Below, one piece after another: positions 28,351 through 38,036 of a stretch of DNA of 64,000 nt. Source of the stretch: Candidatus Latescibacterota bacterium (GTDB lineage: Bacteria; Latescibacterota; UBA2968). Numbering within the stretch: position 1 is the first letter of the stretch; the number at the start of each line of letters is the position of its first letter. The notes beneath the pieces are model-generated. The model was not told the DNA's origin. It made no database searches and saw nothing but the letters and a program-made list of their open reading frames with translations. Made by a program: the position numbers and the translations under genes. Where the stretch lies: contig OZ242320.1 in assembly GCA_965208125.1 (NCBI GenBank), positions 1,952,001 through 2,016,000 of the forward strand, given 5' to 3'.

Positions 28351-28468
28351 GAGTAAATATTTTCATTTAACCTGTCTGTTTCTCAAGGATTTAGCTTGCC
28401 ACGCGACACTTTTCAATTCATATTATGGCATCAAATTTTTAAACGCGACTGACCATTGGGAGAGGTGT

Positions 28469-28972
28469 ATGAGGTTTGGTGAAATAATCAAACAAGCTCG
28501 AAATGGACGATTTAGCCAGCAGGCTTTGGGCGAAACCATTGGGGTGTGGGGCACTTATATCTATCAAATAGAAAAAGGGGAACGCATACCATCCGACGAT
28601 GTGTGTGCGTATCTTGCAAAAGCACTCGATCTCGATCCTCAAAGGCTTCTTTTTTTGGCATATAAAGAACGCGCACAGAAAACGTCAGAAGGCCGCAGAC
28701 TTTTTTCTCAGATGGAAAAACTGATGACAGACCCGGTCATCAGCCAGGTAATTGTCAACCCCAAAATGCTCGATGCAGGCATTGTCAAAGCACTCCAGAG
28801 TCCCGATATTCGCAAGGTACTCAAGAACAAGCAGTGGTGCGAAGCCCTGAACGCGAGTGCTTCAACTACAGACCGGGATATCCCCGAACTCATTAAGATC
28901 ATCACCCAGATCCCCGCCCAACAATGGCAAGTATTGCTCAGCACCGCAAAAGCTTTTGCTGGCATGAAATAA
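28469..28972 (+). CDS. XRE-family helix-turn-helix regulator
   Basis: FGEIIKQAR..SQQALG..YIYQIEKGERIPS; GAGG RBS. Confidence 0.8.
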   Translation: MRFGEIIKQARNGRFSQQALGETIGVWGTYIYQIEKGERIPSDDVCAYLAKALDLDPQRLLFLAYKERAQKTSEGRRLFSQMEKLMTDPVISQVIVNPKMLDAGIVKALQSPDIRKVLKNKQWCEALNASASTTDRDIPELIKIITQIPAQQWQVLLSTAKAFAGMK

Positions 28973-29002
28973 AAAAGGAATTGGGACTGGTGGGTTGGGT
29001 GA

Positions 29003-29044
29003 CAGAGAAAGCCCGCTTCTCGCGTTGGGAAGCGGGCTTTCTCT
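29003..29044. terminator. long hairpin, bidirectional terminator
   Basis: AGAGAAAGCCCGCTTC..GAAGCGGGCTTTCTCT. Confidence 0.7.
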
Positions 29045-29095
29045 CTGGTTATATGATAAATAATTCGTTAATATAATCTTCTATTTACTAACTTA

Positions 29096-29111
29096 TGTTT
29101 CACGTGGAACG
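29096..29111. promoter_or_regulatory. parS site 1
   Basis: TGTTTCACGTGGAACG versus consensus TGTTTCACGTGAAACA; close to oriC. Confidence 0.8.
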
Positions 29112-29140
29112 ATGTACAACTGGTCGTATCCCAGACCAGT

Positions 29141-29779
29141 TCAACGTCTTTTAAGAAAGACAAAAGACCGTCTTCGTCGTGTAAATGGCAAGATCAAAGA
29201 GGTTTCAGTAGTATAGATGTGGTGTGGAACACCGTTTGTGAACTCGCAGAGAGAATCTGGGCCTTTCATTGAAATAAGTACTCCGTGGGGAGCGAGAAAA
29301 GGTTCAGCCCAATTCCAGAGTTGGGGCAGCCGTGCAACTGCGCGGGCTGTAACAATCAGAAATTTACCAGAAAATGAGGACTCTTCAACAAGATGCTCAG
29401 CGCGACTTCTGATAGCGAAAGTGTTTTGAAGACCGAGCGCAGTAATAGTTTCCTGGAGAAAGAGGTTTTTCATGCGAGTAGGGTCAAGGAGATAAACTTC
29501 GAGGTCGGACCTCATAATCTTGATCACAATACCCGGCAGACCAGCACCTGAACCCAAATCCAGGAGAGGACCATTTCCTGGAAGGTGCGGTACCAGCGAG
29601 AGACAATCGAGAATATGACGTTCCCATATAAAATTGCGATCATTTCGGGAGATCAATCGAACGCGACCTGACCAATCAGTAAGCAAATCGACGTATTGCC
29701 GGAGTCTGGAGACCTGTTCATGAGCAAAAGAAAGCTCAAAGGACCTCGCCGCAAGATCAATGGCTTCATCGGGTTCCAT
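29141..29779 (-). CDS. rsmG: 16S rRNA m7G527 methyltransferase
   Basis: HILDCL, LDLGSGAGLPG, TARAVA, MKG; synteny with mnmE. Confidence 0.9.
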   Translation of the reverse strand: MEPDEAIDLAARSFELSFAHEQVSRLRQYVDLLTDWSGRVRLISRNDRNFIWERHILDCLSLVPHLPGNGPLLDLGSGAGLPGIVIKIMRSDLEVYLLDPTRMKNLFLQETITALGLQNTFAIRSRAEHLVEESSFSGKFLIVTARAVARLPQLWNWAEPFLAPHGVLISMKGPDSLCEFTNGVPHHIYTTETSLILPFTRRRRSFVFLKRR

Positions 29780-29842
29780 TGGATATACCCTTTAGAAAGG
29801 CGGTAAGATGTAAGTGGTGAGAAGACCACCCAATCCCTCTTA

Positions 29843-29858
29843 TGTTTCACGTGGAACG
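29843..29858. promoter_or_regulatory. parS site 2
   Basis: TGTTTCACGTGGAACG, identical to site 1. Confidence 0.8.
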
Positions 29859-29912
29859 TTTTACAGCTGGCCGCGTCATCCCGTGATGGTTCTACACGGG
29901 GCCAGTTCAACA

Positions 29913-31259
29913 TTATTTGCCAATGCAAAAGGTTTGGAAGATTCGATCAAGAACATCATCGGGCGTGGTCTCTCCAATGATCGCGGCGAGAGCGTCCAGA
30001 GCAACGCGGAGGTCCAGGGCAATAATTTCCCCCGGATTGCCGAATTCAAGACTCTGAAGTGCCTGAGAAAGTCCCTTTGAAGCTTGTTGAAGTGCGAGAA
30101 CATGCCGTTCTTTGGTGACAATTTCGTCAGGCAAGTCGCTCTTTCCCAGAAGAGTCTCACGAAGGCGATTGCGCAAAGCGGTGATGCCATTGCCCGTTTT
30201 GGCTGAAAGAATGATCTGGAGATGGAGAGACTGAACGCTTTGCCATCCGGTATGAATACCCAAATCGCTCTTATTGAGAACGAGAAACGCCTGATCATAA
30301 CGACTGATGTTGTCCAGGTCCTGGGAATATGGAGGAAGCGATCCATCTACAATATAGAGAACAATAGCTGCACGGTCTATGAATTGTTGAGACCGACGCG
30401 TACCCTCTCTTTCCACCGGGTCGTCGGTATCGCGAATACCTGCAGTGTCAACCAGTGTAATAGCAATGCCATTGAGATCGATCTGCTCTTCAATTGTGTC
30501 CCGAGTTGTACCGGGAATATCTGTAACAATCGCTCGGTCTTCTTCGAGAAGTCGGTTGAGAAGACTGGATTTTCCCACATTGGGTTGGCCAGCGAGGGTG
30601 ACGACAGCACCTTCACGAATAATTTTTCCGCGGTCATACGAAAGAATGAGCTCTTCAATATGCTTTAATGCCCGAGAGATCGGTGGTTTAATCATCTCGA
30701 CATCTATCTCTACATCCTCGGAAAAGTCTAAATTAGCTTCGAGGAGCATGGCCGCCTGACGAATAGATTCTGCCATTTTTACGAAACGGCGATGAAACCC
30801 ACCTCGGAGTTGAAAAAAAGCAGATTGGAGGCTCAGATCAGATTTCGCGGTGATCATATCAGAAACTGCTTCGGCCTGTGAGAGATCTATTTTACCGTTG
30901 AGAAAAGCTCGCCTGGTAAATTCTCCTGGACCAGCCGGTCGAGCACCCTCTTGAAAAACCGCTTCCATAATCCGTCTGAGGAGAAAAGGCCCCCCATGGC
31001 AGTTAAATTCAACTGTATCGTCGCCGGTAAAGGAATTGGGAGCACGCATGACCGAGACCAGAACTTTGTCAAAATCCCGGCCCTGAATGTAGAGATGTCC
31101 AAAAGACAGTTGGCGAGAAGGAAGGTTGCCGAGAGGGGTTTTGCCTCTAAAGAGACGTTCTCCAATTGAGATGGCATCTGGTCCGCTGAGTCTGATGATG
31201 CCAATCGCACCTTCACCTGGAGCTGTGGCGATTGCCGCGATGGTATCGTTGTCGGACAT
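29913..31259 (-). CDS. mnmE: tRNA modification GTPase
   Basis: DTIAAIAT, GQPNVGKSS, GTTRD, DTAG, NKSD, C-terminal FCIGK. Confidence 0.95.
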   Translation of the reverse strand: MSDNDTIAAIATAPGEGAIGIIRLSGPDAISIGERLFRGKTPLGNLPSRQLSFGHLYIQGRDFDKVLVSVMRAPNSFTGDDTVEFNCHGGPFLLRRIMEAVFQEGARPAGPGEFTRRAFLNGKIDLSQAEAVSDMITAKSDLSLQSAFFQLRGGFHRRFVKMAESIRQAAMLLEANLDFSEDVEIDVEMIKPPISRALKHIEELILSYDRGKIIREGAVVTLAGQPNVGKSSLLNRLLEEDRAIVTDIPGTTRDTIEEQIDLNGIAITLVDTAGIRDTDDPVEREGTRRSQQFIDRAAIVLYIVDGSLPPYSQDLDNISRYDQAFLVLNKSDLGIHTGWQSVQSLHLQIILSAKTGNGITALRNRLRETLLGKSDLPDEIVTKERHVLALQQASKGLSQALQSLEFGNPGEIIALDLRVALDALAAIIGETTPDDVLDRIFQTFCIGK

Positions 31260-31272
31260 AGAAATAAACCTG

Positions 31273-32976
31273 TCAGGACGTGCCCAACATCGATTTGGTT
31301 TTTTCCATGATGATCTGCTGGGCGAGGGTCAGCACATTGTAGAGTGTATAATAAAAGACGAGGCCAGAGGACATACTCCAAAAAATATAGGTGAGAAAGA
31401 TGGGCATGATATAAACGAGGATGGCCTGCTTGGGATCTTTCATCATCATCTTTTGCTGAATAAACATCGATATTCCCATTAAAAGAGGCAAGAGGTGCAG
31501 GTCAAAACCACCAATAGGGATGGTATCAGGTTGGGAAAGGTCGGTAATCCAGAGAGCAAACCCAGCTTGCCGGAGTTCAATAGTACCGCGAAACAGAGAG
31601 AAAAGAGAAAACAGTATCGGCATCTGTAAGAGCATGGGCAAACATCCACCGATGGGATTGATCTTCTCGTCCCGGTAGAGTTTCATCATCGCCTGATTTA
31701 CTTTTTGCTGGTCGTTGGCATAACGTTCGCGAAGTTCGGCAATTTTGGGTTGGAGAGTCTGCATCTTGGCAGTGGATTCAAGACTCTTGTGCGTGAGTGG
31801 GAAAACAACGACCTTGACGAGAATAGAAAAAAGAATTATGACCACGCCGTAATTTGGAACCAGAGCGTGCATGGCGAGGAAGGCTTTGAGAATTAAAATT
31901 GTAACTGGCTTGAGAATGGCGCGTACAAAATAAGGACCGTAATCGACAAAGTCATCGAGGTCCAGTTCTCGTTCAAGTCCATCGAGATCGCGATTTTGAG
32001 CACGCAAAATGTCATAAGAGATTGGGCCAACATATGCGGAGTAATTGATAGTATTAAGTCCAGAATCAGCATACATATCAAAAGCAAAATCGCGATAAGA
32101 AAAGCCAAAGGGATCCGTCTTATTATCACCGTAAAGGGCGAGGTCATAACGACCTTCATTGGGGATAACCGCGGCGAGAAAGTATTTATTTCTTATACCA
32201 ATCCAGGTCAGTTGACCGCTTGGGGGCGTCTCTTTCTCCTGAAGGCGACCTGTATCCCATGTTTCAACTTCCCCTCCCATGTAAGTAACGATTTGTTCGT
32301 AAACACCTTCGTAAAAACTCTCTGAAGTCCCGCGCTTATTTTCTGTGTCAGCAAGACTTCCATCCCATGTTATCCCTAATTTATCATCTCGAGCAAGACC
32401 TTCAGCTATGACGGAAACGTGAATGCGATACCGGTTGCCCTGAAATCGAAAACGTTTCTCGACCAGGCCTCGTGAAGATTGAGCGCGAAACACGATCAGA
32501 TCTTGCGTATCACCATAAATTTCAAGGCGATCTCGATCGGGAGTAAATTCGAGACCGTTGAGGGACTCACTTGCAACAGTAGTGCCTAATCCAGCACTGT
32601 TAGGTGCGATCAATTCCAGCCACTTGCCATTGAGATCAAAATAGTTCTTGAGTTGCCAACTGGTAATCACGCCACCGCGCGTGGAGATGACAGCGCGGTA
32701 GAGTTCAGCGTCTATGACAATATCACGTGCCTGAAACGTCGATGTAGAGGCTGGGCTTTTATCCTGGATAACAGGTTGTTGAGTTTCAGGTTGTTGTATG
32801 GGTTGCGTTTTGGGAGTTGTATCAGTGATCCGCGGTGGCTCAGTCTGGCGGGAGGTGGGTTTTTCTACAGGATCAAGAGGCTGAGGTTTGTCACCTTGAA
32901 AGAATTGCATGTAATACGGCATCAATATCAAGATCAGGCCGATTAACGCAAAAGCAAGTACCGTACGTCTATCCAT
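31273..32976 (-). CDS. yidC: membrane protein insertase
   Basis: NYGVVII, NPIGGCLPMLLQMP, WITDLSQPD. Confidence 0.95.
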   Translation of the reverse strand: MDRRTVLAFALIGLILILMPYYMQFFQGDKPQPLDPVEKPTSRQTEPPRITDTTPKTQPIQQPETQQPVIQDKSPASTSTFQARDIVIDAELYRAVISTRGGVITSWQLKNYFDLNGKWLELIAPNSAGLGTTVASESLNGLEFTPDRDRLEIYGDTQDLIVFRAQSSRGLVEKRFRFQGNRYRIHVSVIAEGLARDDKLGITWDGSLADTENKRGTSESFYEGVYEQIVTYMGGEVETWDTGRLQEKETPPSGQLTWIGIRNKYFLAAVIPNEGRYDLALYGDNKTDPFGFSYRDFAFDMYADSGLNTINYSAYVGPISYDILRAQNRDLDGLERELDLDDFVDYGPYFVRAILKPVTILILKAFLAMHALVPNYGVVIILFSILVKVVVFPLTHKSLESTAKMQTLQPKIAELRERYANDQQKVNQAMMKLYRDEKINPIGGCLPMLLQMPILFSLFSLFRGTIELRQAGFALWITDLSQPDTIPIGGFDLHLLPLLMGISMFIQQKMMMKDPKQAILVYIMPIFLTYIFWSMSSGLVFYYTLYNVLTLAQQIIMEKTKSMLGTS

Positions 32977-33029
32977 AGATCAGGTCTTTCTACACAGAAA
33001 ACAATAAAGGAAGGGATTGTAATAAAGGA

Positions 33030-33377
33030 TCAGGCGTCGATAAGACCGAGCTTTTGAAATGCGAGGTGTAGTTCAAGACGAAGTTCGGCATAGGAGACTC
33101 CACAGGCGTGATCTCCTATGGAGATAAGCACCAGATAGTGAGGATGACCTGAAGGTATTAGTTCGGAACATACTGATCGTACTTGCCGTCGAATGCGATT
33201 GCGCCGAACTGCGTTGCCAAATTTTTTCCGAACTGAAATGAGCGTTAGATCCATCTCGGAAGTACCTGTCCGAACATGAACCCAACGCCCACGAAAGATT
33301 TGGCCGTGCTGTCGAATTTTCGCAATTTCGCGTCGAATGCGGAGGTTGGGTGTTCCCATAACACACCTGCATATCAA
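33030..33377 (-). CDS. rnpA: ribonuclease P protein component (start uncertain)
   Basis: [17 protein letters not shown] motif; between rpmH and yidC. Confidence 0.8.
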   Translation of the reverse strand: MICRCVMGTPNLRIRREIAKIRQHGQIFRGRWVHVRTGTSEMDLTLISVRKKFGNAVRRNRIRRQVRSVCSELIPSGHPHYLVLISIGDHACGVSYAELRLELHLAFQKLGLIDA

Positions 33378-33508
33378 TGCGATAGCTGCTTGCGACCCTT
33401 TCGGCGCCGTCGATTCAGCACATGGCGGCCACGGGGAGAACTCATGCGAGCGCGAAAACCGTGTTTATTTTTGCGCTTGCGATTATGTGGTTGAAACGTG
33501 CGTTTCAT
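33374..33508 (-). CDS. rpmH: 50S ribosomal protein L34 (not in the ORF track)
   Basis: Translated by hand: [44 protein letters not shown]. Confidence 0.95.
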   Translation of the reverse strand: MKRTFQPHNRKRKNKHGFRARMSSPRGRHVLNRRRRKGRKQLSH

Positions 33509-33628
33509 CAAACTACCCCGTATCTACAAAAATTTCAATTATCTATATCGACAAAGGGTTTGGAATATAGAGGTGCGTATCTCCTTTGTCAAGGGATTTC
33601 AGTTTGATAGGAGAGTCCTGTTATTATA

Positions 33629-33673
33629 CTACAATATATAGTGTACATTTTTTTTGTACACTATATATTGACT
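33629..33673. promoter_or_regulatory. pair of NrdR-box-like sites in the rpmH/dnaA divergent region
   Basis: CTACAATATATAGTGT and ACACTATATATTGACT, each 14/16 to acaCwAtATaTwGtgt; the second overlaps a TTGACT -35. Confidence 0.55.
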
Positions 33674-34033
33674 TTTTACTATTATTTTACTATTTTCCAA
33701 ATGTTTATTAATATTTTTCTATCACCAAAACCTCTTGACACCGCTTATTCCATTGCTTAATTTTCGATTAGCTTTCAGAATCTTTTGAAATTCACTTTTG
33801 AAGTGGATCCCCCACCGTAGTCTGCTGTTAAGAATAACCGAACTATTTCGATTTCAAAATTTCAGAATACTTTCAATTTTCCCCCCCTCAATTGAGAGCC
33901 TTCCGGCTTCTGAACCGAAATCAACCTCCCTTATATTCGGATTCCTCAGACAACGGTTTCCAGCACGTAAAGTATCCTATTGATATTCCTTTAGTTGGCG
34001 CGTGTTTGCCAGCCATAGACGGATATTCGCACT

Positions 34034-35416
34034 ATGGATGAACGCTCTTCTAACTTATGGAACCGGTGTCTCCACGCCATCCAGGAAAAAATACAGGATC
34101 AAAGTTTTGAAACCTGGTTCGCTCCAATTACGGCCCGGCAATTTACCTCTGAAGATGCTATTCTGGTGGTGCCCGAAAGAATTTATGCCGATTGGTTAGA
34201 ACAAAATTACATCGGGTTGATCAAAACGACCATCCAAGAAGTTTTCGCCTGGAATCCGCGCATAAGTTTTGCCGTTGGTGATACCCATCAACAAATGGCA
34301 TCTCCCGTGACACAGGGTCCCGAATTCATGCAGGCAACATCTCTCGATCCTGTATCTGCTGAACCATCTCTTCATCCTGGACCTGCCCAACCCGTATTTC
34401 CTCTTAACCCGCGATATCGGTTTGAAAATTTTGTTGTTGGCGAAAGCAATGAAGTGTCGTTTTCCGCTGCAAAAGCCACAGCAGAATCGCCTGGACAAAC
34501 GGCTTTTAATCCTCTTGTCCTTTATAGCGGTGTTGGATTGGGCAAAACCCACCTGCTACAGGCTATTGGTGCATACTGTATCGAAATGGGGACAGCCCAG
34601 CGGGTGGTTTATGTTACTGCACAACAGTTTCTCACGGATTATTTAGAAGGAATTAACCGCGGAACAACCTCTAATTTCTATCAAACCTATCGCCAGGCGG
34701 ATGTGTTGCTGGTTGATGATATCCAGTATTATGTGAAAACCGAAGGTTGCCAAAGAGAGTTTATCCATACATTTAATGCCCTATTTCAAGCGGATAAACA
34801 GATCATTATCAGTTCCGACCGACCGCCATCTCATCTCAAAGGGTTTGAAGATCGGTTGATTTCCCGGTTTCAATGGGGTCTGGTTACAAATATTGAGGCA
34901 CCAGACCTTTCCACACGTGTGGCAATTTTAATGCAGAAAGCAGAAGAGATGGGTGTTTTATTGTCCCACGAGATTGCCAGTTTCTTAGCTGAACAGATCG
35001 ATACCAACATCCGCGAACTTGAAGGTGCATTAAAACGCCTGGTGGCCTTTACCAAATTACAACGCTATCCACTTACGATTGAAACAGCGCGAAAGACTCT
35101 TCTAAGCCCGCCCCAAAAGACCAAGCCGACTGTTACTATTGAGAGCATTCAAAAAGCTGCCGCTCACTTTTTTGAAATACCTTTAGATAAACTGATCGGT
35201 GCAACTCGAAAGCAAGATGTGGCAACAGCCCGGCATGTGAGTATGTATTTGAGCAAATCTCTTACAGGTGCTCCACTCAAGACCATTGGTGTACAATTTG
35301 GCAATCGCGATCACAGCACAGTTATTCACGCCTGCCGAAGAGTAGAAGACAAAATATCAGCGGATCCAGAATTTGAACATCTCGTCAGTGAACTACAAGA
35401 TCATATCGTAAGTTAA
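34034..35416 (+). CDS. dnaA: chromosomal replication initiator
   Basis: FETWF, FENFVVG, GVGLGKTHL, LLVDDIQ, SDRPP, NIRELEGAL, RDHSTVIHA. Confidence 0.97.
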   Translation: MDERSSNLWNRCLHAIQEKIQDQSFETWFAPITARQFTSEDAILVVPERIYADWLEQNYIGLIKTTIQEVFAWNPRISFAVGDTHQQMASPVTQGPEFMQATSLDPVSAEPSLHPGPAQPVFPLNPRYRFENFVVGESNEVSFSAAKATAESPGQTAFNPLVLYSGVGLGKTHLLQAIGAYCIEMGTAQRVVYVTAQQFLTDYLEGINRGTTSNFYQTYRQADVLLVDDIQYYVKTEGCQREFIHTFNALFQADKQIIISSDRPPSHLKGFEDRLISRFQWGLVTNIEAPDLSTRVAILMQKAEEMGVLLSHEIASFLAEQIDTNIRELEGALKRLVAFTKLQRYPLTIETARKTLLSPPQKTKPTVTIESIQKAAAHFFEIPLDKLIGATRKQDVATARHVSMYLSKSLTGAPLKTIGVQFGNRDHSTVIHACRRVEDKISADPEFEHLVSELQDHIVS

Positions 35417-35449
35417 GAAATAGCTGATAGATCTTTAATATATGGTATG

Positions 35450-35485
35450 CCCCAGACCTCTATTGGGAGTCTGGGGTTTATTTTT
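35450..35485 (+). terminator. terminator after dnaA
   Basis: CCCAGAC..GTCTGGG stem with T-rich tail. Confidence 0.55.
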
Positions 35486-35529
35486 GTCGATTATATTCCT
35501 GTTTTGGATGTTCAGATGGACGTTTACTC

Positions 35530-35900
35530 ACAATCTCTGTTTATGTTATTAATAGAATGAGAATATATAGTGTGATATACAACAATAATAATAACACTGT
35601 GGATTCTGTGGAAAATGCGATAAAAAAAGAAAAACGCGCTTAAAAATAGTGGGTTAAGAATGCTTCTGCCAATATGACATTGTGTATTTCTGTGTGCAAA
35701 AAGTGTGGAAAAATAGTGTGGTTTTCCACACTTGAGCATGTGGATATCTTTTTCACACAGATAATCCACAATATATTCAGATTTTTTTCCACATCCAAAA
35801 ACTTGTGCACAACTCTGTGCACAGTCTTTCTTTCTCTTTAAAAATCAATGGGTTTTGATTTTTTTATCCAATGGTCAGGAAATTGAGTTATCCACATTGA
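35530..35900. other. oriC
   Basis: AT-rich unwinding region, DnaA-trio-like run 35578-35595 abutting tandem boxes 35598-35615, many further near-boxes, and a perfect TTATCCACA at 35888-35896. Confidence 0.85.
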
Positions 35901-36016
35901 AGAAATCTATTGTTGATTAGTCCCTCTGGTTGAGGAAGGAGTTTCGTTTTTTATGGCGATATGTTTATATTGTTCTGTGTCGTGAGGTAGGCAATCGCAA
36001 CAATTATTCGCAGGAG

Positions 36017-36643
36017 ATGATTGAGGTGCTGACTTATGATCCTCAAAAAGCAATCCGCGTATTGGGCAAAAATGATCGCACACTCGGTCGATTAATCGAG
36101 CAGGCAGGACCAATAACCCTTGATTTACCAGAACAAGTAAACCCTTTTGATGCGCTTTTGCGATCGATTATCTATCAACAACTCTCAGGAAAAGCAGCTG
36201 CCGCCATTCACAAACGGGTGCGTGCCCTGTTTTCTGGGGGAAAGATCAACCCAAATCAAGTACTTGCGATGGATGACCAGGTGCTTCGCCATGCGGGAAT
36301 GTCCCGGGCAAAAGTAGTCGCCGTAAATGATCTGGCGCAAAAAACCATAGATGGCGTGATTTCCCCGGGTTCACGACTTCGCGAAATGTCGGATGCCGAT
36401 ATTGTAGAAAATCTCACACAAGTGCGCGGCATTGGAGAGTGGACCGTTCAAATGTTTCTGATGTTTCATCTCGGCAGACCCGATGTACTCCCGACAAAAG
36501 ATTTGGGGGTGCGCAAGGGATTTATGCTTACTTATGGATTGGATGAGTTGCCGGCAGAAAAAGAAATGATGGTCTATTGCGAGCGGTGGAGACCTTATCG
36601 CTCGGTGGGAAGCTGGTACATGTGGCGGGCACTTGAATTGTGA
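36017..36643 (+). CDS. DNA-3-methyladenine glycosylase II (AlkA/HhH-GPD family)
   Basis: SIIYQQLS, VRGIGEWT, RPDVLP.DLGVR, WRPYRS. Confidence 0.9.
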   Translation: MIEVLTYDPQKAIRVLGKNDRTLGRLIEQAGPITLDLPEQVNPFDALLRSIIYQQLSGKAAAAIHKRVRALFSGGKINPNQVLAMDDQVLRHAGMSRAKVVAVNDLAQKTIDGVISPGSRLREMSDADIVENLTQVRGIGEWTVQMFLMFHLGRPDVLPTKDLGVRKGFMLTYGLDELPAEKEMMVYCERWRPYRSVGSWYMWRALEL

Positions 36644-36663
36644 GGCTGAATTTTCATGTATAA

Positions 36664-38034
36664 ATGGAGCGGATTATGCCAAACCTGATCGTTTTATTGA
36701 GTGACCAATTGCGCCGACAGGCTCTTGGAGTTCACGGGGATCCGGATGCTCGCACACCGCATCTGGATGCCTTTGCACAACAGGGGGTTCGATTTGACAA
36801 TGCGTGTTCCACGTATCCAATCTGCGTGCCTTTCAGGTTTACACTTATGACAGGCGAATATGCGCATGTCCGCAAAATACCGGGAATCGAATACGCTATG
36901 TCCACGGAAGAGCGCACGCTGGCCGATGAGTTTAATGAGGCGGGATATGAGACCATTTATGTGGGCAAATGGCATCTCGATGGCGGGCACGGGCGGTTGG
37001 GATCTGCTGTGCAGGTCAATCGCACGCGGATACCGCGTTCTCGTCAAGGTCGCTGGCAAAAATGGTACGGTTTTGAGCTGCGCAATGATCCCTTTGATAC
37101 CTGTTATTTTGAGGATGACGATCCCACACCAAAAAAAATTGAAGGGTATCAGACCGATGGCTTGTTTCAAATTGGTATGGACTATATAAAAGACCGGGCA
37201 GACGACAGGCCCTTCTGTATGGTCATTTCTGTGGAACCCCCCCATGATCCTTTTGTGGCTCCCGAAGATGTGCAATCTGCGTGGGAAGCGAGAGATATTG
37301 TATTGCCCGAAAACTTTGATGTGACAGACCCCGCGGAGCGCGAAACTTTTATTCTCAATCGCAAGCGCTACAATGCCATGGTTGAGAATCTGGATGCCAA
37401 TGTCGGAAAGATGATGGCTTTTCTCAAAGCAGAGGGATTATTGGATGATACAGTCGTGGTCTTTTTATCCGACCACGGAGAATTGGCGGGCGCACACGGT
37501 CTGCGAGCGAAGCAGTGGCCCTATGAAGAATCTGTGGGGATTCCGCTCATGGTGTGGGATTCTCGTGTGAGAGAACGCGCGGGAACGGTGATTAAAGATC
37601 CGACGTGTACCGAGGATTTGTTTCCAACGCTGCTGGGTCTGGCGGGATTGGCTCCCAAAAACAAGGTGCAGGGGACGAACTTAACGCCACTTATTCACGG
37701 GGATGTCAACGCGCTTGATCGCGAGGGCGTTTTGCTCGAGTTTGTTGCGGAACTACGAGAACGGCCACCATTTTTTGATGAAGTCTGGCGGGGATTTCGG
37801 ACGCGGGATTACAAATATACCGTTAAGGGCAATAACATGGGCGGCAGACCCTGGCAATTTTTTGATCTGAAAAACGATCCCGGGGAAATGAATAATCTGG
37901 TGGATGATCCCAATTACCGCGACCAGGTCGCGCACCATCATCGCTTGCTGTGCGAGCGCATGATTGAGACAGAGGATCACTTTGTCCTGCTCCCGGCGTT
38001 TGACAGTGAAGGTGTAAACATCTGGGAAGCGTAA
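36664..38034 (+). CDS. sulfatase (Cys-type)
   Basis: PNLIVLLSDQ, CVPFR, GKWHL, PPHDP, SDHGE. Confidence 0.9.
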   Translation: MERIMPNLIVLLSDQLRRQALGVHGDPDARTPHLDAFAQQGVRFDNACSTYPICVPFRFTLMTGEYAHVRKIPGIEYAMSTEERTLADEFNEAGYETIYVGKWHLDGGHGRLGSAVQVNRTRIPRSRQGRWQKWYGFELRNDPFDTCYFEDDDPTPKKIEGYQTDGLFQIGMDYIKDRADDRPFCMVISVEPPHDPFVAPEDVQSAWEARDIVLPENFDVTDPAERETFILNRKRYNAMVENLDANVGKMMAFLKAEGLLDDTVVVFLSDHGELAGAHGLRAKQWPYEESVGIPLMVWDSRVRERAGTVIKDPTCTEDLFPTLLGLAGLAPKNKVQGTNLTPLIHGDVNALDREGVLLEFVAELRERPPFFDEVWRGFRTRDYKYTVKGNNMGGRPWQFFDLKNDPGEMNNLVDDPNYRDQVAHHHRLLCERMIETEDHFVLLPAFDSEGVNIWEA

Positions 38035-38036
38035 CT

